This document shows, piece by piece, positions 9,631 to 18,570 of a stretch of 64,000 bases of DNA. Positions within the stretch are counted from its first letter, which is position 1; each line of letters opens with the position of its first letter. This DNA comes from Acidobacteriota bacterium. GTDB taxonomy: Bacteria > Acidobacteriota > Thermoanaerobaculia > Multivoradales > UBA5704. The translations under genes and the position numbers were made by a program. The stretch spans positions 46,596 through 110,595 of the forward strand of contig JBDTZG010000012.1 in NCBI GenBank assembly GCA_040005235.1. Direction: 5' to 3'. The notes beneath the pieces are model-generated. The model did not search any database. It was not told the origin of the DNA and saw only the letters and a program-made list of their open reading frames with translations.

Positions 9631-10773
9631 CTAGTCGATCGCCTCGCCCTTCTCCACCTTGGCGATCAGGTTCTCCAGGTTCTTCTTCGCCGCGTCGTCG
9701 GGCGCGGTCGTGAACGCGGCTTTCAAATGCCGCAGGGCGTCGTCTTTCTTGCCCGCGGCCGCGCTCGCTCGGCCGAGGCTCACCTCGGTCGGCCAGACCC
9801 CGGGGAAGCGCTTGCCGTTGGTCTCCAAGACCTTGATGCCGAGGGCGGTCTTCTTTGCCGCCAGGAACTGTCGGCCGGCGTTGTGAATCTCGAAGGCGCC
9901 CGCGGACGGGTGGCTGATCGCCAGATCGAGCGTCTTGGCCGATTCCGCGGTCTGGCCATTGGCTTCCTGGAGCGCGGCGAGGGTGGAGAGAGTGGTGAAA
10001 TTGGCCTGACCGCCGAACGAACCGGCTACCGCGGCCTGTGCCCAGGCGAGGCCCTCGGGCAGGTTGACCAGATGCGCGAGGCAGAAGTTCGCCGCCGCAT
10101 CCCAGTTCTGCCAGGAGAAGCCTTGGGAGTTCTGCAGCTCGCGGCGGATGTTTTCGACGTAGAGCTGGTCGGCGTTCGGCACGTCGATCTTCAAGGGGAG
10201 GGCGAGGTTTTCCCACTCCAGCTCGACCGTCGCGGTGGCCGGCTGGCGATCGACGAACTCGTAGGTCAGAAACTCGCGATAGGCGCTCTCGACCGGTTTG
10301 GCGGTCACCCGCAAAGCGTCTTGCTTGGCGTCATAGAAAAAGCTGCCCCACGCGGTCGAGTTGTGGGAAAAGACCACCGTCCATTCCTCTTTGCCCGGAA
10401 TGAAATGCAAGCCGTAGGTGCCGGCCGGGAGCGGCTTGCCTTGCACCACCACGTCCTGATCGACCGAAAACGTGGTGTTCTGGTTCGAGCCGCCCCGCCA
10501 GGGGCACTGGTCGCCGCAGGTGCCGAACCCCAGGTTCGCCAGTCCATACGGGACCAGGTCACCCCAGATCTTGCCTTTGCGGTCGGTGCCGTCCGGCGCG
10601 TGGACGTTCGGGCTGTTGTAGGTGATCTCGACGTTGACCCGGCCGATCTGCTGCGACACTTCGGAGTGCTGGTTGTCGCCGCTCGGAGGAAGGGTGAGGC
10701 CCTGGGAGACGGAGGGGGAAGCAAGTGCGAGGAGAGTGAGGAGTGTGAGGCAGGGTCTCAAAGAACGCTTCAT
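9631..10773 (-). CDS. Secreted DUF2911-domain protein with C-terminal TPR-like helices
   Basis: VSQQIG...ITYNSP...IWGDLVPYG...PWRGGSNQNT...LPAGTYGL...WGSFFYD...DALRV...LEWE. Confidence 0.85.
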   Translation of the reverse strand: MKRSLRPCLTLLTLLALASPSVSQGLTLPPSGDNQHSEVSQQIGRVNVEITYNSPNVHAPDGTDRKGKIWGDLVPYGLANLGFGTCGDQCPWRGGSNQNTTFSVDQDVVVQGKPLPAGTYGLHFIPGKEEWTVVFSHNSTAWGSFFYDAKQDALRVTAKPVESAYREFLTYEFVDRQPATATVELEWENLALPLKIDVPNADQLYVENIRRELQNSQGFSWQNWDAAANFCLAHLVNLPEGLAWAQAAVAGSFGGQANFTTLSTLAALQEANGQTAESAKTLDLAISHPSAGAFEIHNAGRQFLAAKKTALGIKVLETNGKRFPGVWPTEVSLGRASAAAGKKDDALRHLKAAFTTAPDDAAKKNLENLIAKVEKGEAID

Positions 10774-10879
10774 CAGTGTTTCCTCCCGGTGGGCGTGGAT
10801 GTCCTCTCGATGGACTTGGAAGACAGCTACGCAACGGCTCGGCGAAGGTTTGCCCGGTTTCGTTTACGATGCCTGCATC

Positions 10880-11992
10880 ATGCGCCGCTTAACGCCGCTC
10901 TTCCTGCTGGTTCTGGTCCTTCCGCTCGCCCCCGGGGCCGCCCGAGCCCAGGCGCCGACGTTCGACGCCCAGGCCGCCGCGCGCTTCGCCGATCTGGCGC
11001 TCGCCTGCGTCGGCAAGGAATATCCCAACAAGATCGCCCACGTGATGACCGGCGATGCCGACGCCAAGCCGCCGCACCTGCTCACCCCCGCGTTCTTCGG
11101 CTGCTACGACTGGCACTCCGCCGTCCACGGCCATTGGCTGCTCGCCCGGCTCGCGCGGACCTATCCGGAAGCGCCGTTCGCGGCACCGGCCCGCGCGGCC
11201 CTCGCCGCGAGCCTTACCCCGGAAAAGATCACCGCCGAGGTGGCCTATTTAGACGGCCCGGGCCGAGTCTCGTTCGAGCGTCCCTACGGCCTCGCCTGGC
11301 TGCTCCAGCTCGGCGCCGAGCTGCGCGGCTGGGACGACCCGCAAGCCAAATCCTGGTCCGCCGCGCTCGCGCCGCTCGAACGGGCGGCGGCGAAACGGAT
11401 CTCCGACTGGCTGCCGAAGCTCTCGCGGCCGATCCGGATCGGCGAGCACGACCAGACCGCGTTCTCGTTCGGGCTGATCCTCGATTGGGCGCGCGCCGCC
11501 AAGGACGCCGATCTCGAAAGGTTGGTCCTCGAACGCAGCCAGGCGTACTACCTCGCCGACCGCACCTGCCCGCTGTCGTATGAACCGTCGGGCCAGGACT
11601 TTCTCTCCCCCTGCCTCGCCGAGGCCGACCTGATGCGGCGCATCCTGCCGGCCGAGCGTTTCGCCGCCTGGCTCGGCGACTTCCTGCCGCAGATCCCCAA
11701 GGCGATCGAAGCCCCCGGCTCGCCCTCGTGGCTGGAGCCCGCGATCGTCACCGATCCGACCGACCCCAAGCTCGCGCATCTGGACGGCTTGAACCTCTCG
11801 CGCGCCTGGATGCTCGAAGGGATCGTCGCCAGCCTGCCCGCCACCGATCCCCGCCTGCCGGAGCTGCGCGCCACCGCCCTGCGCCATCGCAAGGCGGGGC
11901 TCGCCGCGGTGACCGGGGAGCACTACGAGGGAGGGCACTGGCTCGGCAGCTTCGCCACCTACTTGGCGACCGGCCGGGGGCTCGAACGGTAG
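10880..11992 (+). CDS. Secreted DUF2891-family protein
   Basis: EYPNK, PAFFGCYDWHSAVHGHW, SFERPYG, EPSGQDFLSP, HLDGLNLSRAW, YEGGHWLGSFA. Confidence 0.9.
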   Translation: MRRLTPLFLLVLVLPLAPGAARAQAPTFDAQAAARFADLALACVGKEYPNKIAHVMTGDADAKPPHLLTPAFFGCYDWHSAVHGHWLLARLARTYPEAPFAAPARAALAASLTPEKITAEVAYLDGPGRVSFERPYGLAWLLQLGAELRGWDDPQAKSWSAALAPLERAAAKRISDWLPKLSRPIRIGEHDQTAFSFGLILDWARAAKDADLERLVLERSQAYYLADRTCPLSYEPSGQDFLSPCLAEADLMRRILPAERFAAWLGDFLPQIPKAIEAPGSPSWLEPAIVTDPTDPKLAHLDGLNLSRAWMLEGIVASLPATDPRLPELRATALRHRKAGLAAVTGEHYEGGHWLGSFATYLATGRGLER

Positions 11993-12033
11993 GGGCGATT
12001 CTGGAGGCACAGGAGCTGGATCGGCGCGGCGAC

Positions 12034-12804
12034 CTACAGCATCTCGGCTTTCCGCGCCCGCCGCAGCACTTCGCCGCCCAGCTTGCCGTAGGCGGCGGCG
12101 CCGGTCGACCAGGACTCGTAGTCGAAGATGCTCCGGCCATAGCCAGGCGCCTCGGCGAGGCGGACGTTGATCGGGATCTCGGTCTTGAGCACCTTGCTGC
12201 CGTACTTCTTGCGCAGATCGGCCACCAGCTCCTCGGTCAGCTTGGTCCGGTGGTCGACCATGGTGAGCAGAATGCCGAGCAGTTGCGTCTTGCCCACCCG
12301 GTCCTTGTTCAGCTCCAACAGCTCGAAGAAACCGCCCAGCGCATCGGCGTCCAGGTGGTGCGGCGCGAGCGGCACGAGGTAGGCGTCGGAGGCGGCGAGC
12401 CCGTTGACCGTCAAAACCGACAGACCCGGCGGGCAGTCGATGACCACCGCGTCGAACCGGCGGCGAACGGACGCAAGAGCCTTCTTGAGCAGTTTCTCCG
12501 GCTCCTGCTTCCGGGCGACCGCGAGGTCCATACCGGCCAAGGCGAGCGCGCCGGGGATCAGCGAGACCCCTTCGATGCTCGACTCCCGAATCGCCTCGGC
12601 CGCCTCGACCTTGCCCAACAGCAGATCGGCGGTCGAAGGCTCGGCGTCGGCCCGGCCCACCCCGAGCGAATAGCTCGCCGACCCCTGCGGATCCAGGTCG
12701 ACGACCAGGGTCTTCAAGCCCCCGCGGGCGAAAGCCGCCGTCAGGTTCACCGCCGTCGTGGTCTTGCCCACTCCTCCTTTGACGTTCACCAGAGCCAGAT
12801 TCAT
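12034..12804 (-). CDS. Orphan ParA/Soj-family ATPase
   Basis: KGGVGKTTTAVN deviant Walker A; DLDPQG; IDCPPG; IPINVRLAEAP. No adjacent parB. Confidence 0.92.
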   Translation of the reverse strand: MNLALVNVKGGVGKTTTAVNLTAAFARGGLKTLVVDLDPQGSASYSLGVGRADAEPSTADLLLGKVEAAEAIRESSIEGVSLIPGALALAGMDLAVARKQEPEKLLKKALASVRRRFDAVVIDCPPGLSVLTVNGLAASDAYLVPLAPHHLDADALGGFFELLELNKDRVGKTQLLGILLTMVDHRTKLTEELVADLRKKYGSKVLKTEIPINVRLAEAPGYGRSIFDYESWSTGAAAYGKLGGEVLRRARKAEML

Positions 12805-12960
12805 CGCGTCCTCCTCGTTTGCAACGATTCTACGCAAGTCTATCCGTCGGGAGTGCGGAGCGCGAACGGAACGAGGAAATGCGAAAAAACCCGGCCGACC
12901 GGCATCCGTACGGAAGCCGATCGACCGGGTTGCGGGGAGGCCCCCCGAGAGGGGCGAAAA

Positions 12961-13530
12961 TCAGTTCGGCATCAGCACCGCGTCGACGACGTGGATGACG
13001 CCATTACTCTGGAAGACGTCGGCGGTAGTGACGGTCGCGGAGTTGCCCTTCTCGTCCCAGATCTTGACCGCTTTGCCGTCGAGCTTCGCGATCAGCTTGC
13101 CGCCGGCCACCGTGTCGAGCGTCGCCTTGCCGCCACCCGCCTTGATCTTCGCCATCAAGGAGGCCGCGTCCCATTTGCCCGCGACGACGTGGTAAGTGAG
13201 GATCTTGACCAGGGTCGCCTTGTTCTCGGGCTTGAGCAGATTTTCGACCGTTCCGGCCGGCAGCGCGGCGAACGCGGCGTTGGTGGGCGCAAAGACCGTG
13301 AACGGCCCCGGACCCTTGAGCGTATCGACCAGTCCGGCGGCCTTGACCGCGGCGACCAGGGTCGTATGGTCCTTCGAGTTGACGGCGTTGTCGATGATGT
13401 CCTTGGTCGGATACATCTCCGCACCACCAACCATCTTGGTTCCCATCTCATGGTTCGGAGCCGCGATGACGGTCGACGCGACCAGGGCGGCCGCCAAACC
13501 CATCCAGATTTTCACATTCTTGGAACGCAT
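12961..13530 (-). CDS. Secreted fasciclin (FAS1) domain protein
   Basis: HTTLVAAVKAAGLVDTL, GPFTVFAPTNAAF, ILTYHVV, SNGVIHVVDAVL. Confidence 0.95.
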   Translation of the reverse strand: MRSKNVKIWMGLAAALVASTVIAAPNHEMGTKMVGGAEMYPTKDIIDNAVNSKDHTTLVAAVKAAGLVDTLKGPGPFTVFAPTNAAFAALPAGTVENLLKPENKATLVKILTYHVVAGKWDAASLMAKIKAGGGKATLDTVAGGKLIAKLDGKAVKIWDEKGNSATVTTADVFQSNGVIHVVDAVLMPN

Positions 13531-13605
13531 GTGGGAATTCCTCTCAATTGGCATTCGGTCTCAGGAGAGCTCATGCAGGCCTCTTTTGGCGCCTGCAAAC
13601 ACTCC

Positions 13606-13631
13606 TACGCGGACAGGAGCATTCCGGATGA
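13606..13631 (-). promoter_or_regulatory. ECF sigma (SigK/RpoT-like) promoter upstream of the fasciclin gene
   Basis: The minus strand reads TCATCC-N16-CGTA about 75 nt upstream of the start. This fits the CATCC...CG(T/A)A promoters of SigK-like ECFs, which typically control fasciclin genes. Confidence 0.6.
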
Positions 13632-13653
13632 GATCGGCGGCGAGGCCGCTTCC

Positions 13654-13872
13654 TTACGCCGAAGCGATCGCCCAGAGGAACATCACGATCCCCGCCGCGA
13701 CCAGGAAGCCGCCGGGGAACATGAAGACGATGAAGGCGAGCGGGTGCGCGGAGCTTAAGGTGAGCGCCTGGATCGCGAGTCCGGGGGCGATCAGCAGCGC
13801 CGCCCGGCGCAGGCGCTTGTCGGTCGGTCGATCGCTGGCCTGGGGGTCCGCGCCGGCTTCCAAGGCGGTCAT
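13654..13872 (-). CDS. Small two-TM membrane protein in the cytochrome operon
   Basis: ATGA overlap with the NapC/NirT gene; hydrophobic segments AALLIAPGLAIQALTL and LAFIVFMFPGGFLVAAGIVMFLWAIA. Confidence 0.7.
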   Translation of the reverse strand: MTALEAGADPQASDRPTDKRLRRAALLIAPGLAIQALTLSSAHPLAFIVFMFPGGFLVAAGIVMFLWAIASA

Positions 13873-14483
13873 GGCTTGGGCTCCTTCCACAGGGCGTGCT
13901 TGGCGATGTTGGCCGCGTCGTGAACGTCGCTGTGGCATTCGATGCAGGAAGTCTTCTCGGCCGCGAGGTCTTCCAGCTGGTCGTCGTGCCCTTCGCTCTC
14001 GACGTAGCCGCGCGATCCGGCATGGCAATGCAGGCACTCGCGATTCTGGAACGGCTCGTACAGCGCGATCTTCGCGGGCATCGTGCCGAGATAGTTGATA
14101 TACAGATGGCGCAGGCCGCGGATCTTCGACTTGAATCCGCCGAACATGGCGTAGTTCGTATGGCAGGTGTAACACGCCTGGTCGCGCGGGATGCGCCGGT
14201 TCTGGAAGTGCGCCGCCGGCACGAAGTCGGCGCTGTCGATGTGAAGGCTCTTGCCGTACGGCTCCATCACGTGGCAGGAAAGGCAGAACTCGGTCGATTT
14301 CGACCGCTCGAGGTGCGCTTCGAGCGCGAAGACGGTGCCCAGCACGGGCAGCAGGAAAAACGCCAGGAACGCCAGAACCTTGCCGCCGCGAACGGCGGTG
14401 AGATTCGGACGAACGGCGACGACGGCGATCAATGCGATCGCAAAGACGATCAGCGAGACGACGGCCAAGGCCATGCCGGACAT
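13869..14483 (-). CDS. NapC/NirT (CymA-like) membrane-anchored tetraheme cytochrome c
   Basis: Two N-terminal TM helices; four CxxCH motifs (CLSCH, CYTCH, CLHCH, CIECH); STEFCLSCHVM signature. Confidence 0.9.
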   Translation of the reverse strand: MSGMALAVVSLIVFAIALIAVVAVRPNLTAVRGGKVLAFLAFFLLPVLGTVFALEAHLERSKSTEFCLSCHVMEPYGKSLHIDSADFVPAAHFQNRRIPRDQACYTCHTNYAMFGGFKSKIRGLRHLYINYLGTMPAKIALYEPFQNRECLHCHAGSRGYVESEGHDDQLEDLAAEKTSCIECHSDVHDAANIAKHALWKEPKP

Positions 14484-14514
14484 GCGGCGATTCCCTCCCG
14501 TTTCAAGCGAAGCT

Positions 14515-14856
14515 TCACTTGGCCTTCTGAGCTACCAGCCAATCCAAAACCGCTTGGATCTCCTCGTCGGTTCCCTTGAATTCCTTCGTGTGCTTCTTGC
14601 CTTTTTCTCCACCCGGCTCCAGCTTGCGCAGAAATTTGATCAGTTTCGGCGCATCCGCCGCCTTGACCTTGCCGGTGAGATCGGGCGCCTTCATCTTGTC
14701 GCTGGTTTGGGTGATTCCGGCCGCCGAAATTGAATGACAAAGGTTGCATTTCTGGGCGAGGAAAATCGCCTTGCCATCCAAAGCAGCTCCGGCCGCCGAA
14801 ACGAAGGTCAAGGCGAGGCCCACGGTGAAAGCCGCCAGTAGTCGTCGATTTTGCAT
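14515..14856 (-). CDS. Periplasmic monoheme cytochrome c (MtoD-like position)
   Basis: Signal peptide; DGKAIF...KCNLCH...APDL; candidate distal His in KKHTK. Confidence 0.85.
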   Translation of the reverse strand: MQNRRLLAAFTVGLALTFVSAAGAALDGKAIFLAQKCNLCHSISAAGITQTSDKMKAPDLTGKVKAADAPKLIKFLRKLEPGGEKGKKHTKEFKGTDEEIQAVLDWLVAQKAK

Positions 14857-14971
14857 TGAGGTCTTCTCCTGTCAGTAACGACCGGAGTGTAACGCCGCGG
14901 TCCACGCGTAGGGACCCAGAGCGGCGGTTGTTCAAGAAGTCTACCCCACGGCGCGCGGCTACCCTTTTGTC

Positions 14972-14989
14972 CCTACCCTGGAGGGTAGG
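14972..14989. promoter_or_regulatory. Palindromic operator candidate in the divergent cytochrome promoter region
   Basis: CCTACCCT-GG-AGGGTAGG is a perfect inverted repeat; additional CTACCC half-sites occur at about 14941 and 14959. Confidence 0.45.
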
Positions 14990-15114
14990 AGCGAGGCCAC
15001 CTCGCAAGAGTGCGACTTTCTCCCCTCGATCTGAAGAATGAACCTCGTCGTACTTTCTCGATCCAGCTTCACCAGAGAGAGCCGGTCCTTTACGTCCGGT
15101 CGGAGGGGCTCCGC

Positions 15115-16101
15115 ATGAATCTCAGACTTCGAGTCGCGTTCATCACCCTGGTCGCCGCCCTATGGCTCGGCGGTGCCGCCGGTGCTCTGGGCTTCGCCCT
15201 GATCCCGGGACACTCCCCCGAGACCCCCGCCCCTCCGACCGCTCCGGCATCCACCGCCACCTCCGCGCCCGCCGTTCCGGTATCTTCCGGATACGCCGGC
15301 AGCGAGGCGTGCGTCGGCTGCCATGGCGACCAGGCCGATCATCTGGCCAATACCCCGCACGGCCGCGCGGGATTCGCCAAGCTCTCGTCGCTCGGCTGCG
15401 AGACCTGCCACGGGCCGGGCAACGCCCACGCGGAAACGCCGGACGATCCCGCCCTGTATCCCAAGCTTGAGAACCTGACGGCGGCCAAGGCCTCCGCCGT
15501 CTGCCAGGGCTGCCACTCGGGGGGCAAGCAGTTCTTCTGGCACAACGGCCGCCACGAGGCGCGCGGCCTGTCGTGCATCACCTGCCACAGCGTCCATTCT
15601 CCCAAGTCGGAGCATGCGCAGCTCAAGCAGGAGTCGGTCACCGAGCAGTGCTTCTCCTGCCACAAGGACGTGCGCGCCGACACCTGGAAGACCTCGCACC
15701 ATCCGATCCGCGAGGGCAAGATCTCCTGCGCCGACTGCCACAACCCGCACGGCACGCAGACCCCGAAGATGATCGAAGCGGCCTCGGTCAACGAGCAGTG
15801 CTACAGCTGCCACACCGAAAAGCGCGGTCCGTTTCTTTGGGAGCACCCGCCGGTCCGCGAGAACTGCCTGAACTGCCATTCGCCGCACGGATCCAACCAC
15901 CTGAAGCTGCAGAAGACCTCGGTGCCGTTCCTCTGCCAGCAGTGCCACGCCAACACGCGGCATCCCGGCACGCTCTACGACGCCACCACGCTGGCCGACG
16001 GCGCGCGGGCGAGCAACCGAATCTTCAATCGTGCCTGTCTCGACTGCCACGCCTCGATCCATGGCAGCAACCATCCGTCGAGCCCGTACCTTGGCCATTG
16101 A
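15115..16101 (+). CDS. DmsE/MtrA/MtoA-family decaheme cytochrome c
   Basis: Ten CxxCH motifs (CVGCH, CETCH, CQGCH, CITCH, CFSCH, CADCH, CYSCH, CLNCH, CQQCH, CLDCH); EKRGPFLWEHPPV; IHGSNHPS. Confidence 0.95.
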   Translation: MNLRLRVAFITLVAALWLGGAAGALGFALIPGHSPETPAPPTAPASTATSAPAVPVSSGYAGSEACVGCHGDQADHLANTPHGRAGFAKLSSLGCETCHGPGNAHAETPDDPALYPKLENLTAAKASAVCQGCHSGGKQFFWHNGRHEARGLSCITCHSVHSPKSEHAQLKQESVTEQCFSCHKDVRADTWKTSHHPIREGKISCADCHNPHGTQTPKMIEAASVNEQCYSCHTEKRGPFLWEHPPVRENCLNCHSPHGSNHLKLQKTSVPFLCQQCHANTRHPGTLYDATTLADGARASNRIFNRACLDCHASIHGSNHPSSPYLGH

Positions 16102-16126
16102 TCCGCATGCAACCCGGAGCGAGAAG

Positions 16127-18418
16127 ATGAGAACTCAAAAAACCGTCTCCCTTCCGATCCTGACGCTGGTGCTTCTGCTGGCGCCGCTCGGCTCCTCGTT
16201 CGCCGCCGACCCCGCTGCGGTCGCGAGCGGAGGCTCGGGCCAAGGACCGTTCACCTTCCACCTCGACCCCGTGGCGATCGAGTGGCTTTCCCTCGATCAG
16301 GACACGAGCTCCTCGAAGTTCCAGGAGTACCGGGACCTCGACAACGGATTCCGCATCCCGCTGCTCAAGCTCTGGGGCGCGAGCGCGGACGGCAACCGTA
16401 CGCTCGACTTTTCGGCCCAGAACGTCTGGCGCGACGACGCCCGGCTCGAGCTCGACTACGCCCAGGCCGGCAAGTACGGCCTTAGCCTGTCGTACGACAA
16501 GATTCCCCACCGCTTCGGCAACGACGCGAGCTTCCTCTGGACCCGCACGGGCGCCGGACGGTTCGAGATCGACGACGCGGTCCAGCGGGCGAACCAGGCG
16601 GCGATCACCGCTCAGTTCGCGGCGAACAAGGCTCTGGTCGCCTTCCCCTTTCTGAACAATCTGATCTCGCCGCAGATCGCGGCGGCCAAGAAGATCGACA
16701 TCTCGCTCGAACGCGAACGGACCCGGCTCGACTTCGACCTCGGTACGCTCAAGGGTCTCTCTTGGGACGTCTCGCTGTTCAACGAGAAACGGACCGGCTT
16801 GCGCCCGTACGGCGCCTCGTTCGGCTTCAGCAACGCGACCGAGATCGTCGAGCCGATCGACTACGACACCTCCGAGGTGACGGCGCGCGGCGAATGGGCC
16901 GGCAAGAACGGCGGCCTGGTGTTCGGCTTCCGCTCCTCGCGGTTTGAAAACTCGATCAAGAGCGTCACTTGGGACAACCCGTTCCGCGCCACCGACTCGA
17001 CCGATCCAGGCGCCTATTCCGCCCCCGGCAGCGGTTCGATCAACGGCCCGGCGACCGGCAGGAACGCGCTCGCGCCGGACAACAAGGCGGGCAGCTTCTT
17101 CCTCGATGGTCGCTGGCGTTTCCCTTCCGGCTGGTGGACCAACGCGAGCGCGAGCAAGACCCGCATGAAGCAGGACGAGGCGCTGCTCGCCTACACCACG
17201 AACACGGCGATCAACACCCGCGGCGGCGCGCCGTTCGACGCCTCCCTGAGGTCGAATCTGCCGCAGCAGACGGCGGACCGGACGGCCGACGTCACCACCT
17301 TCTCGGCCAACGCCGGGGCTAAGTTCGCCCACAACCTGGGTCTAACGTTCCGGCTGCGTTCTTACGACTACAAGGACGACAGCGACCGGGTGACGATTCC
17401 CGGCTATGCCCGCTTCGACGCGGCGTGGATCGCCACCGCCCGGATCACCGTTCCGCCGCAGTTCACCCGCACCGATTTCGGCTCCGAGCTGACCTGGGAC
17501 GTCGTCCCCTCGACCAGCCTTGGCCTCTCCTGGAACCGCCAGAGCTGGGACCGCAAGCGGCGCGAGGTGGAAAAGACCGACGAGGACGTGTTCAAGCTGA
17601 CCGCCGATTCCCGGGCGTGGAAGAACGTTACGCTGCGCGGGGCGGTAGAGCACGGCGACAAGTCGATCGGAAACTACGACGTCGAAGCCGCGGAAGACAG
17701 CTTCATCGTCTCGGCCGGAGCCACCAACCAGCCCAGTCTGCGGAAGTACGACGAGGCCGCCCGCACCTATGACTCCTGGCGCCTCGGCGCCGATTTCGTG
17801 GCGGGTGACGCCTGGACGTTCACTCTCGCCACCACCGGCCGGAAGGACGACTACGACAAGAGCCTGCTCGGCCTGATCTCGGACGACACGCAGCACCTCG
17901 ATTTCGAGCTCGCCTACACTCCGAGCGAGAAGCGGGACGTCTATCTGTTCGGCGACCGCTCGAACCGCAAAACCTTCCAGAAATCGCGCCAGTCGGGGGC
18001 GCTCCCCTCGACCAGCACGCTCGACAACTGGCAGGTCAAGTTCGACGAGATCAACGACGTCTGGGGCCTCGGCTGGAACCAGAAGTACTCCGAAAAGTGG
18101 AAGAGCGCCGTCGAAGGTCGCTGGTCGAAGTCCAACGGCAAAGCCGACATCTTCAGCCCGCCGGGCGGCACGCCGGACATCGCCTTCGGGTTCGACAACT
18201 ACGAGGACATCGAGCTGCTGTCGATCTCCGGCAAGCTCGACTTCACCCTCAACTCCCACGTCGGCCTCGGCTTTTGGTACCAGTACGAGGACTACACGAT
18301 CGACAGCTTCATCCGCCAGGGCCTCCAGAACTACCTGCCCGGCACGTTGCTCCTGAACGCCAACAACGGCGACTACAACGCGAACCTGTTCGCGGGGTAT
18401 GTGCGGTTGAGTTTGTAG
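16127..18418 (+). CDS. MtrB/PioB/MtoB-family outer-membrane beta-barrel
   Basis: Directly after the decaheme gene; signal peptide; SSKFQEYRDL, EPIDYDT, WDNPF, APDN, RKYDEAAR motifs; amphipathic strands. Confidence 0.92.
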   Translation: MRTQKTVSLPILTLVLLLAPLGSSFAADPAAVASGGSGQGPFTFHLDPVAIEWLSLDQDTSSSKFQEYRDLDNGFRIPLLKLWGASADGNRTLDFSAQNVWRDDARLELDYAQAGKYGLSLSYDKIPHRFGNDASFLWTRTGAGRFEIDDAVQRANQAAITAQFAANKALVAFPFLNNLISPQIAAAKKIDISLERERTRLDFDLGTLKGLSWDVSLFNEKRTGLRPYGASFGFSNATEIVEPIDYDTSEVTARGEWAGKNGGLVFGFRSSRFENSIKSVTWDNPFRATDSTDPGAYSAPGSGSINGPATGRNALAPDNKAGSFFLDGRWRFPSGWWTNASASKTRMKQDEALLAYTTNTAINTRGGAPFDASLRSNLPQQTADRTADVTTFSANAGAKFAHNLGLTFRLRSYDYKDDSDRVTIPGYARFDAAWIATARITVPPQFTRTDFGSELTWDVVPSTSLGLSWNRQSWDRKRREVEKTDEDVFKLTADSRAWKNVTLRGAVEHGDKSIGNYDVEAAEDSFIVSAGATNQPSLRKYDEAARTYDSWRLGADFVAGDAWTFTLATTGRKDDYDKSLLGLISDDTQHLDFELAYTPSEKRDVYLFGDRSNRKTFQKSRQSGALPSTSTLDNWQVKFDEINDVWGLGWNQKYSEKWKSAVEGRWSKSNGKADIFSPPGGTPDIAFGFDNYEDIELLSISGKLDFTLNSHVGLGFWYQYEDYTIDSFIRQGLQNYLPGTLLLNANNGDYNANLFAGYVRLSL

Positions 18419-18443
18419 GCTTTTCCCCTTCCCGCCAGAGCCC

Positions 18444-18477
18444 ACCGGGGCGGAGCGATCCGCCCCGGTTTTCGTTT
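18444..18477 (+). terminator. Rho-independent terminator after the mtrB-like gene
   Basis: ACCGGGGCGGA-GCGA-TCCGCCCCGGT followed by TTTCGTTT. Confidence 0.8.
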
Positions 18478-18517
18478 GCGGGGAAAATGCGGCCCGACCC
18501 GGAAGGCCGTTGGAGCC

Positions 18518-18567
18518 ATCTTCGCCACCGCGGGTGCGGAGCTGGTGCTCGGCGGTCCCAGGGAAAA
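18518..18567 (+). repeat. Dispersed ~50-bp REP-like repeat, copy 1
   Basis: ATCTTCGCCACCGCGGGTGCGGAGCTGGTGCTCGGCGGTCCCAGGGAAAA, similar to 45483-45531. Confidence 0.7.
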
Positions 18568-18570
18568 ACT

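Noticed and set aside
12034-12804. ParA as evidence of a plasmid or integrated element
   Set aside because: There is no parB, rep, integrase or att site; orphan chromosomal ParA-like ATPases are common.
14974-14987. Canonical NarL 7-2-7 site
   Set aside because: The TAC...GTA span is 14 bp rather than 16 bp, so it is kept only as an unassigned palindrome.
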